Shown here: positions 35,983 to 46,079 of the stretch, piece by piece
Layout of the letters: every line of letters starts with the position of its first letter
Position numbering within the stretch: position 1 is the first letter of the stretch
NCBI GenBank assembly: GCA_963811505.1
Contig: CAWERC010000001.1
Span: 62,016 to 126,015 of the forward strand
DNA from: an uncultured Solirubrobacterales bacterium
Lineage (GTDB): Bacteria; Actinomycetota; Thermoleophilia; Solirubrobacterales; 70-9
Direction of reading: 5' to 3'
DNA length: 64,000 nt
Position numbers and translations under genes: made by a program
Notes under the pieces: model-generated
Told to the model about the DNA's origin: nothing
Seen by the model: only the letters and a program-made list of their open reading frames with translations
The model's database searches: none

Positions 35983-38592
35983 CTAGCCCTCGGCCTGGTC
36001 AGGAACCGCGCGCAGGTGACCGAGCGCGGTCTGCGTCCGCTGGTCGGACTCGCGCAGGCGCTGATCGGCGGCGTTCAGCTGGGCAAGCAGCCGCTCGAGG
36101 CGGTCGCGCGACTCGAGCGTGCTCGCCTGGCGCTCGATCCGCTGGGAGAGGTCGTTGGCGCTCGCGGTCAGATCGCGGATCGCCTCGGTGGCGGCGCTCT
36201 GCGCCCGCGTCGAGACGGTGGCCTCGGCGATCCGGGCCGTCTGGGAGATCCGCTCCTCGGCGGCGCCCGCGGCGGTGCGGATGTCTCCGCCGATCCGGGC
36301 GAGCTCGTCGCGCAGCGCGATCAGCTCGGCGCGCGCCTCGAGCACCATCGAGCCCACCTCGGCCCGGAGCTTCGTCTCGATCTCGCCCCCCTGGGCCCGG
36401 GCGAGCTCGGTGAGCTGCCGCTCGGCAGCCTCGGCGTCGCCCTCGGCGCGCCGCTTCAGTTCCTCGGCGACGCTGTCGAGCGCGGTCCGGGCGGCGCTGA
36501 CCGCGTCGGCAATCTGGCGCTCGGAGACCGCGACGCGGTCGGTGATCAGCCGCTCGGAGCTGTTTGCCACCTCGGCGACGGTGCGCTCGGCGCTGTCGGC
36601 CCGGTCGCCGATCCGGCGCTCGGTCGAGCCCGCGTGCTCGGCGATCGCCTGGCTGAACGCCTCGCCGCGCTCGGCGATCGCCCGCTCCGTGATCTCGGCC
36701 TGAGCGCCGATCAGCCGCTCGGCGGCGTTGACGCTGCGGGCGATCTGCTCGCCGGAAGAGTCGATCCGATGCGCGAGCCCCGCCTCGGCATCCGCCGCGC
36801 GGGCCGTCAGTCGCGTCTCCTCGGCGATGGCCAGCTTGCGAAGCCGGTCGATCTCCCCGCGGGCCTCGCCGCGCAGCGCGCCGACCTCGTTGCGCAGCGC
36901 GTCCAGATCCGCGGAGTGCTGAGCGTTCGCCTGGCTGTGCGCCTGTTCGAGGACTTGCTTCGCGTGGGCCTCGATCCGGTCCTCCGCCGCCTTGATCCGC
37001 CGCTCGCGCTCCTCGCGCGCGAGCTTCAGCTCGTGGCGGCGCATCTTCCGCGCCATGGCGTTCTTCGCGTGCTCGTCGATCTCGGCGCGGGCCTGGTCGG
37101 CCTGGCGCTCGATCTCCGCCCTGCGCGCCACGGACGCGTCGGCCAGCTTCGTCTCGGCGGCCTCGCGCTGCTCCTGGGTCGCCCGCTGCGCCGCCGCCGC
37201 CACCTGGTCGGAGACGCTGTCGGCCACCCGCTGTGCGACCTCGGCTCCGGTCCGGTTGACCCGGTCCTCGGCCCGTTCGAGCTGGCCGTCGAGAGCCTCG
37301 CGGACCGCGGCCTGGCCGCGCTCGCGCTGGGCGGCGAACTCCGTGTTCAGGGTGTCGCGGTAGCTCTGCAGCTCGGTCTCGAGCCGGCCCGCGATCGAGC
37401 GCTCGATCTCCGCCGAGCGCTCCCGCAGGCGGGTGTCGAGCTCGCGGCCGAATCCCTCGAGGGAGGAGTTGATCCGCTGGCCCAGCTCGACCGTCGCCCC
37501 GGCGACCGCCGTGCGCAGCTCGGATTCGAGGCGCTCGCCGCGTTCCGCGGTCGCCGCCTCGATGCCCTCGGTCAGCCGCCGGCGGACGGCCTCGACCTCG
37601 CCGGCGACCGCCGCGCGCAGCTGCGCGGAAGCCTCGTTCGAAACGCGCTCGAGCCCGTCGCGCAGACGGGCGTCGATTCCGGCGTCGGTCTGCTCCCGCA
37701 CCTTCCTGATGTGCATCGCGATCTCGTCGCGGAGCTCGTCGCGAACCGAGCCGATGGCCTCCTTGCGCAGCTGCAGGACCTGATCGCGCTCGGCCTCGAG
37801 GCGGCGGGTGATCTGCTCCTCGAGCGCGTCGAGGCGGAAGGCGATCTCGCTGCCGATCTCACCGCGGGTCGCGGCGGTTGCCGTGCCGAGGCGCTCGTGC
37901 AGCCGGGACTCGGCAGCCCCGATCGAAGCCTCGATCTCCTCCGCGAGCTGGCGGCGGCTCTCGGCCGCGCGCGCGGCCAGCTGCTCGACCGACTCGTCGA
38001 CCATCGCGGCGAGCCGTTGCTGGAGCTCCCCCCGCGTCGACTCGATCTCGCCGCCGATCAGTCCGGACGTCTGCGCGAGCCGGGTCTCGAGCCGCTCCTC
38101 GACCCGCCGCTGCGCCTCCGTCACCGCCCGCTCGAGACGGGCGCGCAGGACGGCGTCGGTCTGCTCGAGCCGCTCGGAGAGGCGCCGTGAGATCTCCTGC
38201 TCGACCTGAGCGCCGCGACCGCGGTACTCGCGCTCGACCTCGTGGCGGATCGCCTCCGACAGGCCGACCAGCGACCGAGCGTTCTCGGCTCGCAGTTCGG
38301 CGCCGCTGGCCTCGAGCTGCTCGGTCAGCACGGCGCGGAAGTGCTCGGCCCCCTCGTTCAGCCTTCGATGAAGCTCGTGCGAGAGGCTGGCCGAGGCGCG
38401 CTCGAGCCGCTCGATCTCACGCTCCACCCGCTCCTCGGCAACCCGCGCGGCGCTCGCCGTCATCTGCTCGGAGAGCTCGACCAGCTCGCGGTCGAGCCGC
38501 TCGGCCTCGCCGCCGAGCTGGCGCATCAACTGCTCGCGAGCGCGCTCCGCGGCCTCGCGGAAACGCTCCTCGCCGTTGCCCTGTCGTTCCAT
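35983..38592 (-). CDS. Giant Glu/Arg/Ala-rich coiled-coil protein with hendecad (11-aa) repeats
   Basis: Start placed at ATG 38592 (MERQGNGEERF). About 870 aa, almost entirely helical heptad/hendecad sequence. No enzymatic motif. Confidence 0.7.
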   Translation of the reverse strand: MERQGNGEERFREAAERAREQLMRQLGGEAERLDRELVELSEQMTASAARVAEERVEREIERLERASASLSHELHRRLNEGAEHFRAVLTEQLEASGAELRAENARSLVGLSEAIRHEVEREYRGRGAQVEQEISRRLSERLEQTDAVLRARLERAVTEAQRRVEERLETRLAQTSGLIGGEIESTRGELQQRLAAMVDESVEQLAARAAESRRQLAEEIEASIGAAESRLHERLGTATAATRGEIGSEIAFRLDALEEQITRRLEAERDQVLQLRKEAIGSVRDELRDEIAMHIRKVREQTDAGIDARLRDGLERVSNEASAQLRAAVAGEVEAVRRRLTEGIEAATAERGERLESELRTAVAGATVELGQRINSSLEGFGRELDTRLRERSAEIERSIAGRLETELQSYRDTLNTEFAAQRERGQAAVREALDGQLERAEDRVNRTGAEVAQRVADSVSDQVAAAAQRATQEQREAAETKLADASVARRAEIERQADQARAEIDEHAKNAMARKMRRHELKLAREERERRIKAAEDRIEAHAKQVLEQAHSQANAQHSADLDALRNEVGALRGEARGEIDRLRKLAIAEETRLTARAADAEAGLAHRIDSSGEQIARSVNAAERLIGAQAEITERAIAERGEAFSQAIAEHAGSTERRIGDRADSAERTVAEVANSSERLITDRVAVSERQIADAVSAARTALDSVAEELKRRAEGDAEAAERQLTELARAQGGEIETKLRAEVGSMVLEARAELIALRDELARIGGDIRTAAGAAEERISQTARIAEATVSTRAQSAATEAIRDLTASANDLSQRIERQASTLESRDRLERLLAQLNAADQRLRESDQRTQTALGHLRAVPDQAEG
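36495..36730 (-). repeat. Seven tandem 33-bp (11-codon) coding repeats x-E-R-x-I-x-x-x-x-x-x
   Basis: Peptide AERLIGAQAEI TERAIAERGEA FSQAIAEHAGS TERRIGDRADS AERTVAEVANS SERLITDRVAV SERQIADAVSA. GCGCTCGG recurs every 33 nt on the plus strand. Boundaries are approximate. Confidence 0.6.
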
Positions 38593-38766
38593 CAGCTCTC
38601 TTCCATGGTCCTCTCCGCGACCGGCTGTTGTCGCTCGGCGCGACTGCCTTCGCCGGGACAATGCCGATTCCGCCCCCTGCAAGACGCCTCGCAGAGCCCT
38701 CGCGGACGACGGCTTGCGAGCCGATGTTCAGGCGTGAGTGGAACCGACCGGTTTGTCTAACTTCAA

Positions 38767-40719
38767 ATGATGGCGCGCCAGACCCTGCGGCTCGAACCGG
38801 CGGCCTGGCTCGCCCTCGCGCTGCTATCGATCGTCTGGTCGTGGTGGGCGTGGCAGAAGGGCGCCTATTTCGGCGTCGTGCTGCTGCCGGGGGCGATCCT
38901 GCTGTGCGTCGCGACCGTGCTGCTCGTCCGCTTCGCCCCCTGGCGGGTCGACCTGCGGCTCTCCCGGCCGGTGATCGTCGCGATGATCTCGCTCGCCGGG
39001 CTCGGCGTCTGGACGCTGCTCTCGGCGCTGTGGAGCCCGGCGCCGGACACCGCGGTCGCCGACGGCCAGCGGGTCCTGGTCTACGCGCTCGCCTTCGGGC
39101 TCGGGCTGGCGCTCTGCAACCTGCTCGGGCCGCGGATGAAGTTCTCGCTCGTCCCGCTCGCCGCCGCTGGCGCGTTCACCGGGCTGATCACGGCGGTGAC
39201 GCTGGCGACGGGCGACTCGCCCGGCGAGCTGCTCGAGCGGGCGGGGACGCTCGAGTTCCCGCTCGGCTATCGCAACGCGGAGGCGGCGTTCTTCGGGATC
39301 GCCATCTTCCCCGCCCTCGGCCTCGCCGCCGACCGCGACCTCGACTGGCGGATCCGGGCGGCCGCCGCGGGGACGGCGACGCTCTGCATCGACCTCTTCC
39401 TGCTCGCCCAGAGCCGTGGCTCGATGCCGGCGATGGCCCTGGCGCTCGTCGTCTACACGCTGGCATCGCCCTACCGCGTGCGCGCCATCAGCTGGCTCGG
39501 GCTGGCGGTGCTGCCGGCGCTGGCGATCATCCCGGCGCTCACGTCGCTGTTCTCGGCCGCCGACCCCGGTCTCGGGTCCCGCGTCGTCGACGAGATGAAC
39601 CGGGCCGGCGTAATCGCGCTCCTGACCGCGATCGCGGGCGTCGGCCTCGGTGCCGTCGCGGCGAAGTTCGAGGACCGGATCCCGGGACTCCGCAGCCACA
39701 CGCCCGACTCCAACCGCCGGGTGGGCCTCGGGCTCGCGGCGGCGGCCGCGGTGCTCGCGGTCACCTTCGTCGCCGCGGTCGGCGACCCGGTCCACTGGCT
39801 CGGCGATCGGGCGGACGAGTTCCGCAAGGGCGGCACCCCCGACCTCTCCGGGCACTCGAGCCGGTTCACCTTCAACGCCGGTTCGGACCGTTACGACATC
39901 TGGCGCGTGGCGCTGGACGAGGCTGCGTCGGACCCGCTGTTCGGTGACGGCGCCGGCGGCTTCCAGTACGCCTACCTGCGGGAGCGCGAGAGCGCGACCC
40001 AGAACCTGCGCGACGCTCACAGCGTCGAGCTCGAAGCGCTCTCGGAGCTCGGTCTTCCGGGGCTGGCCCTGCTGGTCACGGCGCTGGTCGCGGCGACCAT
40101 CGGCGTGGCCCGGGCCGCGACGCTGGGGCCGTCCGCGGCAACCCTGAGCGCGATCGCGCTCGCCAGCGGCGGCTACTGGCTCGTGCATGCCTCGGTCGAC
40201 TGGTTCTGGGCCTACCCGGCGCTCACGGCTCCGGTGATCGCGCTCGCCGGCTCGGCCTGCGCCCCCGCGGTCAGGGCCCTGCACCGCCGGTCGACCCGAC
40301 CCTGGCGCGGCTGGCTGATCGGCGGGCTCGCGGTGCTGGCGATGAGCGCGATCCCTCCCTGGCTGTCGGAGCGCTACGTCAACGACGCCTACGCGACCTG
40401 GCGCGTCGACCTCACCCGCGCGTACGACGACCTCAACAACGCGCGGCGCCTGAACGCGCTCAGCGACACCCCGCTGCTCGCGGAGGGCGCGATCGCGCGC
40501 GCCGCCGGCGATCGCGAGCGTGCCCTGGTCGCGCTCCGCGAGGCCGCCGACCAGCGGCCCGAGGAGTGGGCCGCCCACTACCTGCTGGCGGAGCTTCAGG
40601 CGCGCTCGGACCGCGCCGTGGCCCGCAACGAGATCAGGGTCGCGCTCGAGCTCAACCCGCTCGACGCCCGGATCCAGGCGCTCGCGACGCGACTCGGGGT
40701 CGACCCGGCGTCGTCCTAG
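38767..40719 (+). CDS. O-antigen ligase/polymerase-like (Wzy_C) membrane protein with C-terminal TPR region
   Basis: About 10-12 hydrophobic helices, a LLAQSRGSM loop motif, and a TPR-like C terminus (ALREAADQRPEEWAAHYLLAELQ...ALELNPLD). Confidence 0.75.
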   Translation: MMARQTLRLEPAAWLALALLSIVWSWWAWQKGAYFGVVLLPGAILLCVATVLLVRFAPWRVDLRLSRPVIVAMISLAGLGVWTLLSALWSPAPDTAVADGQRVLVYALAFGLGLALCNLLGPRMKFSLVPLAAAGAFTGLITAVTLATGDSPGELLERAGTLEFPLGYRNAEAAFFGIAIFPALGLAADRDLDWRIRAAAAGTATLCIDLFLLAQSRGSMPAMALALVVYTLASPYRVRAISWLGLAVLPALAIIPALTSLFSAADPGLGSRVVDEMNRAGVIALLTAIAGVGLGAVAAKFEDRIPGLRSHTPDSNRRVGLGLAAAAAVLAVTFVAAVGDPVHWLGDRADEFRKGGTPDLSGHSSRFTFNAGSDRYDIWRVALDEAASDPLFGDGAGGFQYAYLRERESATQNLRDAHSVELEALSELGLPGLALLVTALVAATIGVARAATLGPSAATLSAIALASGGYWLVHASVDWFWAYPALTAPVIALAGSACAPAVRALHRRSTRPWRGWLIGGLAVLAMSAIPPWLSERYVNDAYATWRVDLTRAYDDLNNARRLNALSDTPLLAEGAIARAAGDRERALVALREAADQRPEEWAAHYLLAELQARSDRAVARNEIRVALELNPLDARIQALATRLGVDPASS

Positions 40720-40810
40720 GCGGTTTCGCAGCAACCCGAACCGCGGTGATCTACGTCCGGTCCTCGGACGAAACCTGGATCAGTTCGGCGGTGCGAGCGG
40801 CGCGGCTAGG

Positions 40811-41866
40811 TGTAGCTACTCATGACGTTGTTCCAGCTCGTCAAGCCGAGCTGCGGGCGCCTTGTGACCGAGAGAGCCATGACGTCGGGTGAAGTTGTAG
40901 TCGGCAAGCCAGCCGGGTAGCGCCGCGGTGCGCTCGGCCGAGGAGCCGTAGATGGCGCCGTAGGCCCAGCGGTTTTGCAGCGTCTGGATGAAGCGCTCGG
41001 CCTTGCCGTTGGTGCGCGGCCGATAGGGCCGGGTGCGGATGTGTTTGAGCCCGAGCTCGCGACAGGTCTTCGCGTGGATCGCCGAGACGTAGGCGGAGCC
41101 GTTGTCGGTCATCACCCGCTCGACCGAGATCCCGAGGCCCGAAAACCACTCGAGCGCGCGCGTGAGAAAGCGGCGGCGGTGACGGCGCGCTGGTCTGCGA
41201 GCACCTCGACGTAGGCCAAGCGGGTGGCGTCGTCGACGCAGACGTGGCAGAACTCCCAGCCGGTCACCCCCTTGCCGTGGTCGCGACCGCGCTTGAACTG
41301 GCTCCTTCGATGGCCGACCACCCGGTGGCCCGCTCCGCGAACGCTGATCCGCGCCAGGCGCTTGACGTCGACGTGGACGAGCTCGCCCGGTCGCTTTCGC
41401 TCGTAGCGGTTTGGGGGCTCGGGCGGATCGAGGCGCGAGCGCTTGCCCAGGCCGATTCGCCGAAGCCAGCGCGAGACGGTCGACAGCGCCATGGAAAGGC
41501 ACTCGGCGATCTCGGCGGCGGTCATCCGCAGCCTCCTCAGCGCCTCGATCGTCTTCACGCGCTGCGCTGGCAGCTGCGTCGGTCGCAGCCTCGGAGCCGA
41601 GCTGCGATCGAGCAAGCCGGCCGCTCCCTCGGCCCGCCAGCGAGCAAGCCACTTGGCCGCGGTTCGCTCGCTGACGCCGGCGGCCTCGGCCGCCGCCCCC
41701 AGCGACCACCCTTCCTCGTCGACGCGCCTGACGATCAGCCTGCGGGAATTCGGGCAGGTGCGGGCGTTGGCGTGGAGCTTTATTCGGTGTCCTCCTTGGG
41801 ACTGGGTGGCTTACGCACCCCCAGCCTCCAAGGAGGCCCGGATGAACAACGTGGTGAGGAACTACA
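40811..41866 (-). mobile_element. IS481-family insertion sequence (1056 bp) with 6-bp target duplication GCTAGG
   Basis: Terminal inverted repeats TGTAGCTACTCATGACGTTGTTC / TGTAGTTCCTCACCACGTTGTTC match at 19 of 23 positions. GCTAGG occurs at 40805-40810 and 41867-41872. The element encodes a DDE integrase-core transposase. Confidence 0.88.
40816..41783 (-). pseudogene. IS481-family transposase, one frameshift near 41165; no canonical start (ATA at the expected Met)
   Basis: N-terminal (I)KLHANARTCPNSRRLIVRRVDEEGWSLGAAAEAAGVSERTAAKWLARWRAEG, then ...AYVEVLADQRAVTAAAF in one frame and LTRALEWFSGLGISVERVMTDNGSAY...RPYRPRTNGKAERF in the next. AAGGAGG lies 7 nt before the ATA codon. Confidence 0.8.
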
Positions 41867-42045
41867 GCTAGGAGAGGTGTGTGGACTTTGCGGTGCATAT
41901 GACCGTAAACCCCACACAGCGCCCGCGGCTGACGCCCCTAAATCGCGGTGGCGGCGCGGTGTGCCGCACCCACCCAGCCCGGCGCGGTTTCGCGAGACCG
42001 CTCGGCGCGAGAATGATCAGCCGGCCGTTGGCCGGGCCGAGCCGC

Positions 42046-42664
42046 TCAGACCGGCTCGATCAGCCCGGTCTGCAGCGCGATCGCGACGGCCTGGGCGCGG
42101 GTGCGCGCGCCGAGCTTCGCCTTCGCGTTGCGGACGTGGGTCTGCACCGTCGCCGGCGAGAGCTCGAGCAGATCGGCGATCTGCCCGTCGGTGCGCCCGC
42201 CGGCGAGCAGCGCGAGCACCTCGAGCTCGCGCGCGGTCGGGCGCCCGCGGCGCCTCCGGCGGACGGCGCGAAGCGCCGGCCGGAGCGCGTGGTTGCCCTC
42301 CGGCGCGAGCGGGGCCGCGAACGCCGGATCGAGGGTGATCAGGTGTCGCGAGGGAAGGACCTGGGCGGTCACGGTCGCCGCCACCTCGACGACGGTCGCC
42401 GGGGCCTCGAGCGCGAACGGCTCGGCGTGGCCACCGCCGCCGCGGAAAGCCTTCCAGACGTGTGCGAACCGCTCCCTCGAGCTCGGCTCGAGCAGCGCCT
42501 CGACCGGCCGGCCGACGAGCTCGGCGCGGCTGGCGCCGAGCATCCGGCAGGCGCCGAGGCTGGCCTCGATGCAGACGCAGTCGTCGTCGACGACCAGTAG
42601 GGCCCGCGAGCTGCCGGCGACCCGCCTCGAGCTCAGTGTCGCGTCGGCTAGGCGCCTCAGCCAT
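42046..42664 (-). pseudogene. PAS-like sensor fused to LuxR-type HTH regulator (frame change within first ~10 codons as sequenced)
   Basis: C-terminal TARELEVLALLAGGRTDGQIADLLELSPATVQTHVRNAKAKLG. ATG 42664 overlaps the upstream stop (ATGGCTGA) but is out of frame with the body of the ORF. Confidence 0.65.
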
Positions 42665-44104
42665 TCGATTCCTCGCCGAGCAGGAAGCGCTCGTCCGGAG
42701 CGCGCAGCGCGCGGTGGGCGTCGCGGAAGACCTCGACCCCGGTCTCGGCGAGGATCAGCGCGTCGGCGAGCATCGAACGGCGCTTGATGTAGAACAGGTC
42801 GTGGCAGAGCTTCCATGCCGTGCCGATATCGGAGCCCGCGTAGCCGCAGCGCAGCGCGGCCCAGCCGGCGATCCCGGGCTTGACCAGGTGGCGGCGGGTG
42901 TAGTGCGGGAAGCGGCGCTCGAGCTCGGCGACCATCTCGGGGCGCTCGGGACGAGGGCCGACGAGCGTCATCTCGCCGCGCAGGACGTTCCAGAGCTGCG
43001 GGATCTCGTCGATGTGGGTGCGGCGCAGGATCCGCCCGACCCGGGTCACCCGCAGGTCGTCGGCGCTCGGCACCACTGCGGGCCGTCGACCTCCGCGTCG
43101 GGCCGCATCGTGCGCAGCTTGAGGATCTCGAACTCCTCGCCGAGCTCGCCGAGGCGGCGCTGGCGATAGAAGATCGGGCCGCGGTCGGAGAGCTTGATCG
43201 CGAGCGCCGCGATCAGCCAGCACCGGGAGGAAGAGCGAGGCGATCAGCGTCGCCGAGCACGAGGTCGAAGACGCGCTTCGAGTGCGGCCCGGACGGCGCG
43301 GAAGCGCGGGTGCATGATGTAGCGGTACCAGGCGGCGTCGATCATCCCGACGGGCACGTGGCCGAAGGTCTCCTCGTAGAGCTGGTTGGCGGCGATCAGG
43401 CGCACCGGCAGGTCGAGGCACTCCTCGGCGGCGCTCGGCGCAGACGTCCTCGACCGGGCGCCCTCGGCATCGCCGTCGGGGCCGCAGACGAGCAGGTCGA
43501 TGCGCTCGCGTGACCGACAGCTCGGCGGACGTCGTCGAGCGTGGCCGAGCCAGCGCAGGCGCCGGTACTCGGCCGGGCCCTGCGGGCTGATCCAGCCGAC
43601 GACCTCGTAGGTGCGCACGTTGGCGGCCTCGAGCTCGGCGACGAAGTCGGCGGCGAACTCGCGCGGGCCGATCACGGCGACCCGGGCGCGCAGGCCGTCC
43701 TCGACCCGGGTCTTGACCCAGGCGCCGAGCGCCATCACCAGCCACGAGCCGAGGACGACGGCCTGGAACTCGCGAGCGGGTACGGACTGGCCGGCGGCGA
43801 GCGCGATCAGCCAGGCGGCGGCGGCGCCCGACGACCGGCGCCAGCGAGCCCGAGCAGCACCCGGCTCGCCGGCATCAGGTGGAGCGGCAGCTGCGAGTGC
43901 TCGATCGCCTGGGTCGCGATCAGCACGCAGGCGAAGACGATCAGCCGCCTCGCCGACCTCGCCCATGTGGGAGTAGGCGATCAGCCCGGCGGCGAGCGAC
44001 GGCGCCAGCCGCAGGGCGAGCAGGTCGATCATCCGCTGCGCCTCGAGCGCGCGCAGGCCGTGGCGGCTGCCGCGGTGTGCGATCCTGAGCTCAGCCGAGG
44101 TCAT
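42657..44104 (-). pseudogene. Second EPS priming sugar transferase (paralog of 29506..31035), multiply frameshifted as sequenced
   Basis: The catalytic tail [33 protein letters not shown]...KPGIAGWAAL is in one frame. VAVIGPREFAADFVAELE...NQLYEETFGHVPVGMIDAAWYRYIMHPRF is in another, with several further hops between. Confidence 0.75.
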
Positions 44105-44447
44105 CGATCAGGCCTCCGACGGATCCTCGGGCCGGCCGCCGGCGCAGCAGCAGCCCGCGAGCGACGAGCGCGGCGGCGACGACCGCCAGCAGACGCGACG
44201 TCGAGACCGGTGAACGGCAGGCCGCCCGGACGCGCACCGCTGTCACGGCACCGGCACTGCCACCGCCGCCGGCCGCCGCCGACCCCGCCCTGTGAGATCT
44301 GGTCGAGGCTGCGACGCGTACTGATGGGTCGGTCGGATCGTTGGCCAGCGCCGTCGCGCGGCACCAGCGCGAAGCCGAGCGCGGTCAGCGCCGATCGTCG
44401 CGCAGCGCGCTGCCGCGGCGTCCATCCATCGGACGAACGACGGTCAT
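44101..44447 (-). pseudogene. Paralog of the small LPFTG-anchored protein, multiply frameshifted as sequenced
   Basis: HQYAS..LDQISQGGVGGG and GGLPFTGLDV match QHQYSNNLSQISTGGG...GPLPFTGFDV of 26378..26719. The membrane anchor LLAVVAAALVARGLLLRRR lies in a different frame just after LPFTGLDV (~44190-44198). Confidence 0.6.
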
Positions 44448-44702
44448 CAATCTCCGATCACCTCTGCGCACCTTCCCCCCGCGCCTGGCCTCGTGCCTCG
44501 GCGAGTGAACCGCGCCGTACATCCGTTGCGGCGCTTGTTGAGCTATCCATGTTGCCGCTACAAACGCCGAAACGTCAACGGTTCTGGGCGCGAAATACCA
44601 GGAATCCGGGCATGCATTACCTCAAACCGGGGAGTGGTAGATTCGCCTCCGGAGGTGTGGCAGATGCCAGCGGAGCCGGACCAGATCGCAAGGAGGCGGC
44701 TG

Positions 44703-45435
44703 ATGAACGAGCATGGCGGGCGGCGTTCCGCTGACCCGACGCGAGCGCGAGATCCTCGGCGCCCTCGCCGAGGGGATGAGCGGCGCCCAGATCGCCGAGC
44801 AGCTGGTGCTCTCGCCGGAGACCGTCCGCACGCACGTCCGCAACGCGATGTCGAAGCTCGGCGCCTCGACCCGCTCGCAGGCGGTGGCGCTGGCGCTCCA
44901 GCAGCCGCGAGATCACCACCGACGCCGCGGCGGCCGCGCTCGCGACCCCCGCCCCGCCCCCGACCCGCGACCGATCCGACCGCGGCCTTGGCGACGATGC
45001 TCGCCGGCCTGGTCTCGCTCTACGACGTCGACGGCGGCGCCGTCTACCTGACCGACGAGGACGGGCTCTCGCTGCGGCGGGTCAGCGCCGCCGAGCGCGG
45101 TACGACCGCGCTCGAGCTGCCGGAGGAGGTCGCGCTCGGCGACGGCGCGCTCGGCCGGGCGGCGCTCGAGCGCCGCGCGCAGCTCGTCCGCGGGCCCGGG
45201 TGGCGAGGGCTCCGGCCGCGGGGCGCTGATCGCCGCGCCGATGATCGGCGGCGGCCGGGTACTCGGCGTGATCGCCCTGGCCGCCCGGGCGAGCCGGCCG
45301 ATCGGCCGCAGTGAGATGCTGCTGCTGCAGGCGTTCGCGAACCGGGTCGGCGAGGTCATCCTCGCCGGGGGCGAGGACGTCGGCGGCCGCCTGGAGCGCG
45401 CGATGGAGCGCTTCCAGGCCTCGTGGTCCGGCTGA
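44703..45435 (+). pseudogene. N-terminal LuxR-type HTH fused to C-terminal GAF-like domain, about 3 frame changes as sequenced
   Basis: AAGGAGG lies 6 nt before ATG 44703. LTRREREILGALAEGMSGAQIAEQLVLSPETVRTHVRNAMSKLG is in frame 2. LATMLAGLVSLYDVDGGAVYLTDEDGLSLRRV is in frame 1. GGRVLGVIALAARASRPIGRSEMLLLQAFANRVG is in frame 2. Confidence 0.62.
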
Positions 45436-45441
45436 CCTAGC

Positions 45442-46078
45442 TGTAGCTACTCATGACGTTGTTCCAGCTCGGCGAGCCGAGCTGCGGGCGGCTTGTGGCC
45501 GAGGGCGCCATGACGTCGAGTGAAGTTGTAGTGGGTGAGCCAGCCGGGTAGCGCCGCCGTGCGTTCGGCCGAGGTTCCGTAGATGGCTCCGTAAGCCCAG
45601 CGGTTTTGCAGCGTCTGGATGAAGCGCTCGGCCTTGCCGTTGGTGCGCGGCCGATAGGGCTGAGTGCGCAGGTGGCGGATCTCGAGCTCGCGGCAGGCCT
45701 GGGCGTGGACCTTGGAGCGATAGCAGGAGCCGTTGTCGCTCATTACCCGCTCGACGGTGACCCCCATCGACTTAAACCACTCGACGGCTCGTCTGAGAAA
45801 GCCTGAGGCGGTCTCGCCGCGCTCGTCGGCGAGCACCTCGACGTAGGCCAAGCGGGTGGCGTCATCGACGCAGACGTGGACGAACTCCCAGCCCGCGACG
45901 CCCTAGGGGCGCGCCGCGGCTTCAGGCCTGACCGGGTTCTCCGCACACCCGGATCGCGACGACAGATCTCGGCCTCGGCGAGCGCTCGCATCGACGCCTC
46001 GTCCTCCTTGGGTCTGGGTGGCTTCGACACCCCCAGCCTCCAAGGAGGCCCGGATGAACAACGTGGTGAGGAACTACA
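45442..46078 (-). mobile_element. Truncated IS481-family remnant (637 bp) related to, but distinct from, the 40.8-kb copy
   Basis: Same terminal sequences as the first copy (TGTAGCTACTCATGACGTTGTTC ... GAACAACGTGGTGAGGAACTACA). The flanks CCTAGC and TCTAGA differ from each other. The HTH and N-terminal catalytic part are missing or scrambled. Confidence 0.8.
45447..45851 (-). pseudogene. C-terminal fragment of IS481-family transposase
   Basis: AYVEVLADERGETASGFLRRAVEWFKSMGVTVERVMSDNGSCY...RPYRPRTNGKAERFIQTLQNRWAYG. By eye about 80% identical to the first copy over this part. Confidence 0.8.
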
Positions 46079-46079
46079 T

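Noticed and set aside
40811-46078. The two IS481-like elements in the same orientation, bracketing PAS-LuxR, sugar transferase, LPFTG and LuxR-GAF genes, considered as a composite transposon.
   Set aside because: Copy 1 has its own perfect GCTAGG duplication on both of its sides, so it inserted independently. The outer flanks (GCTAGG on the left, TCTAGA on the right) do not match. Copy 2 is a divergent, truncated remnant.
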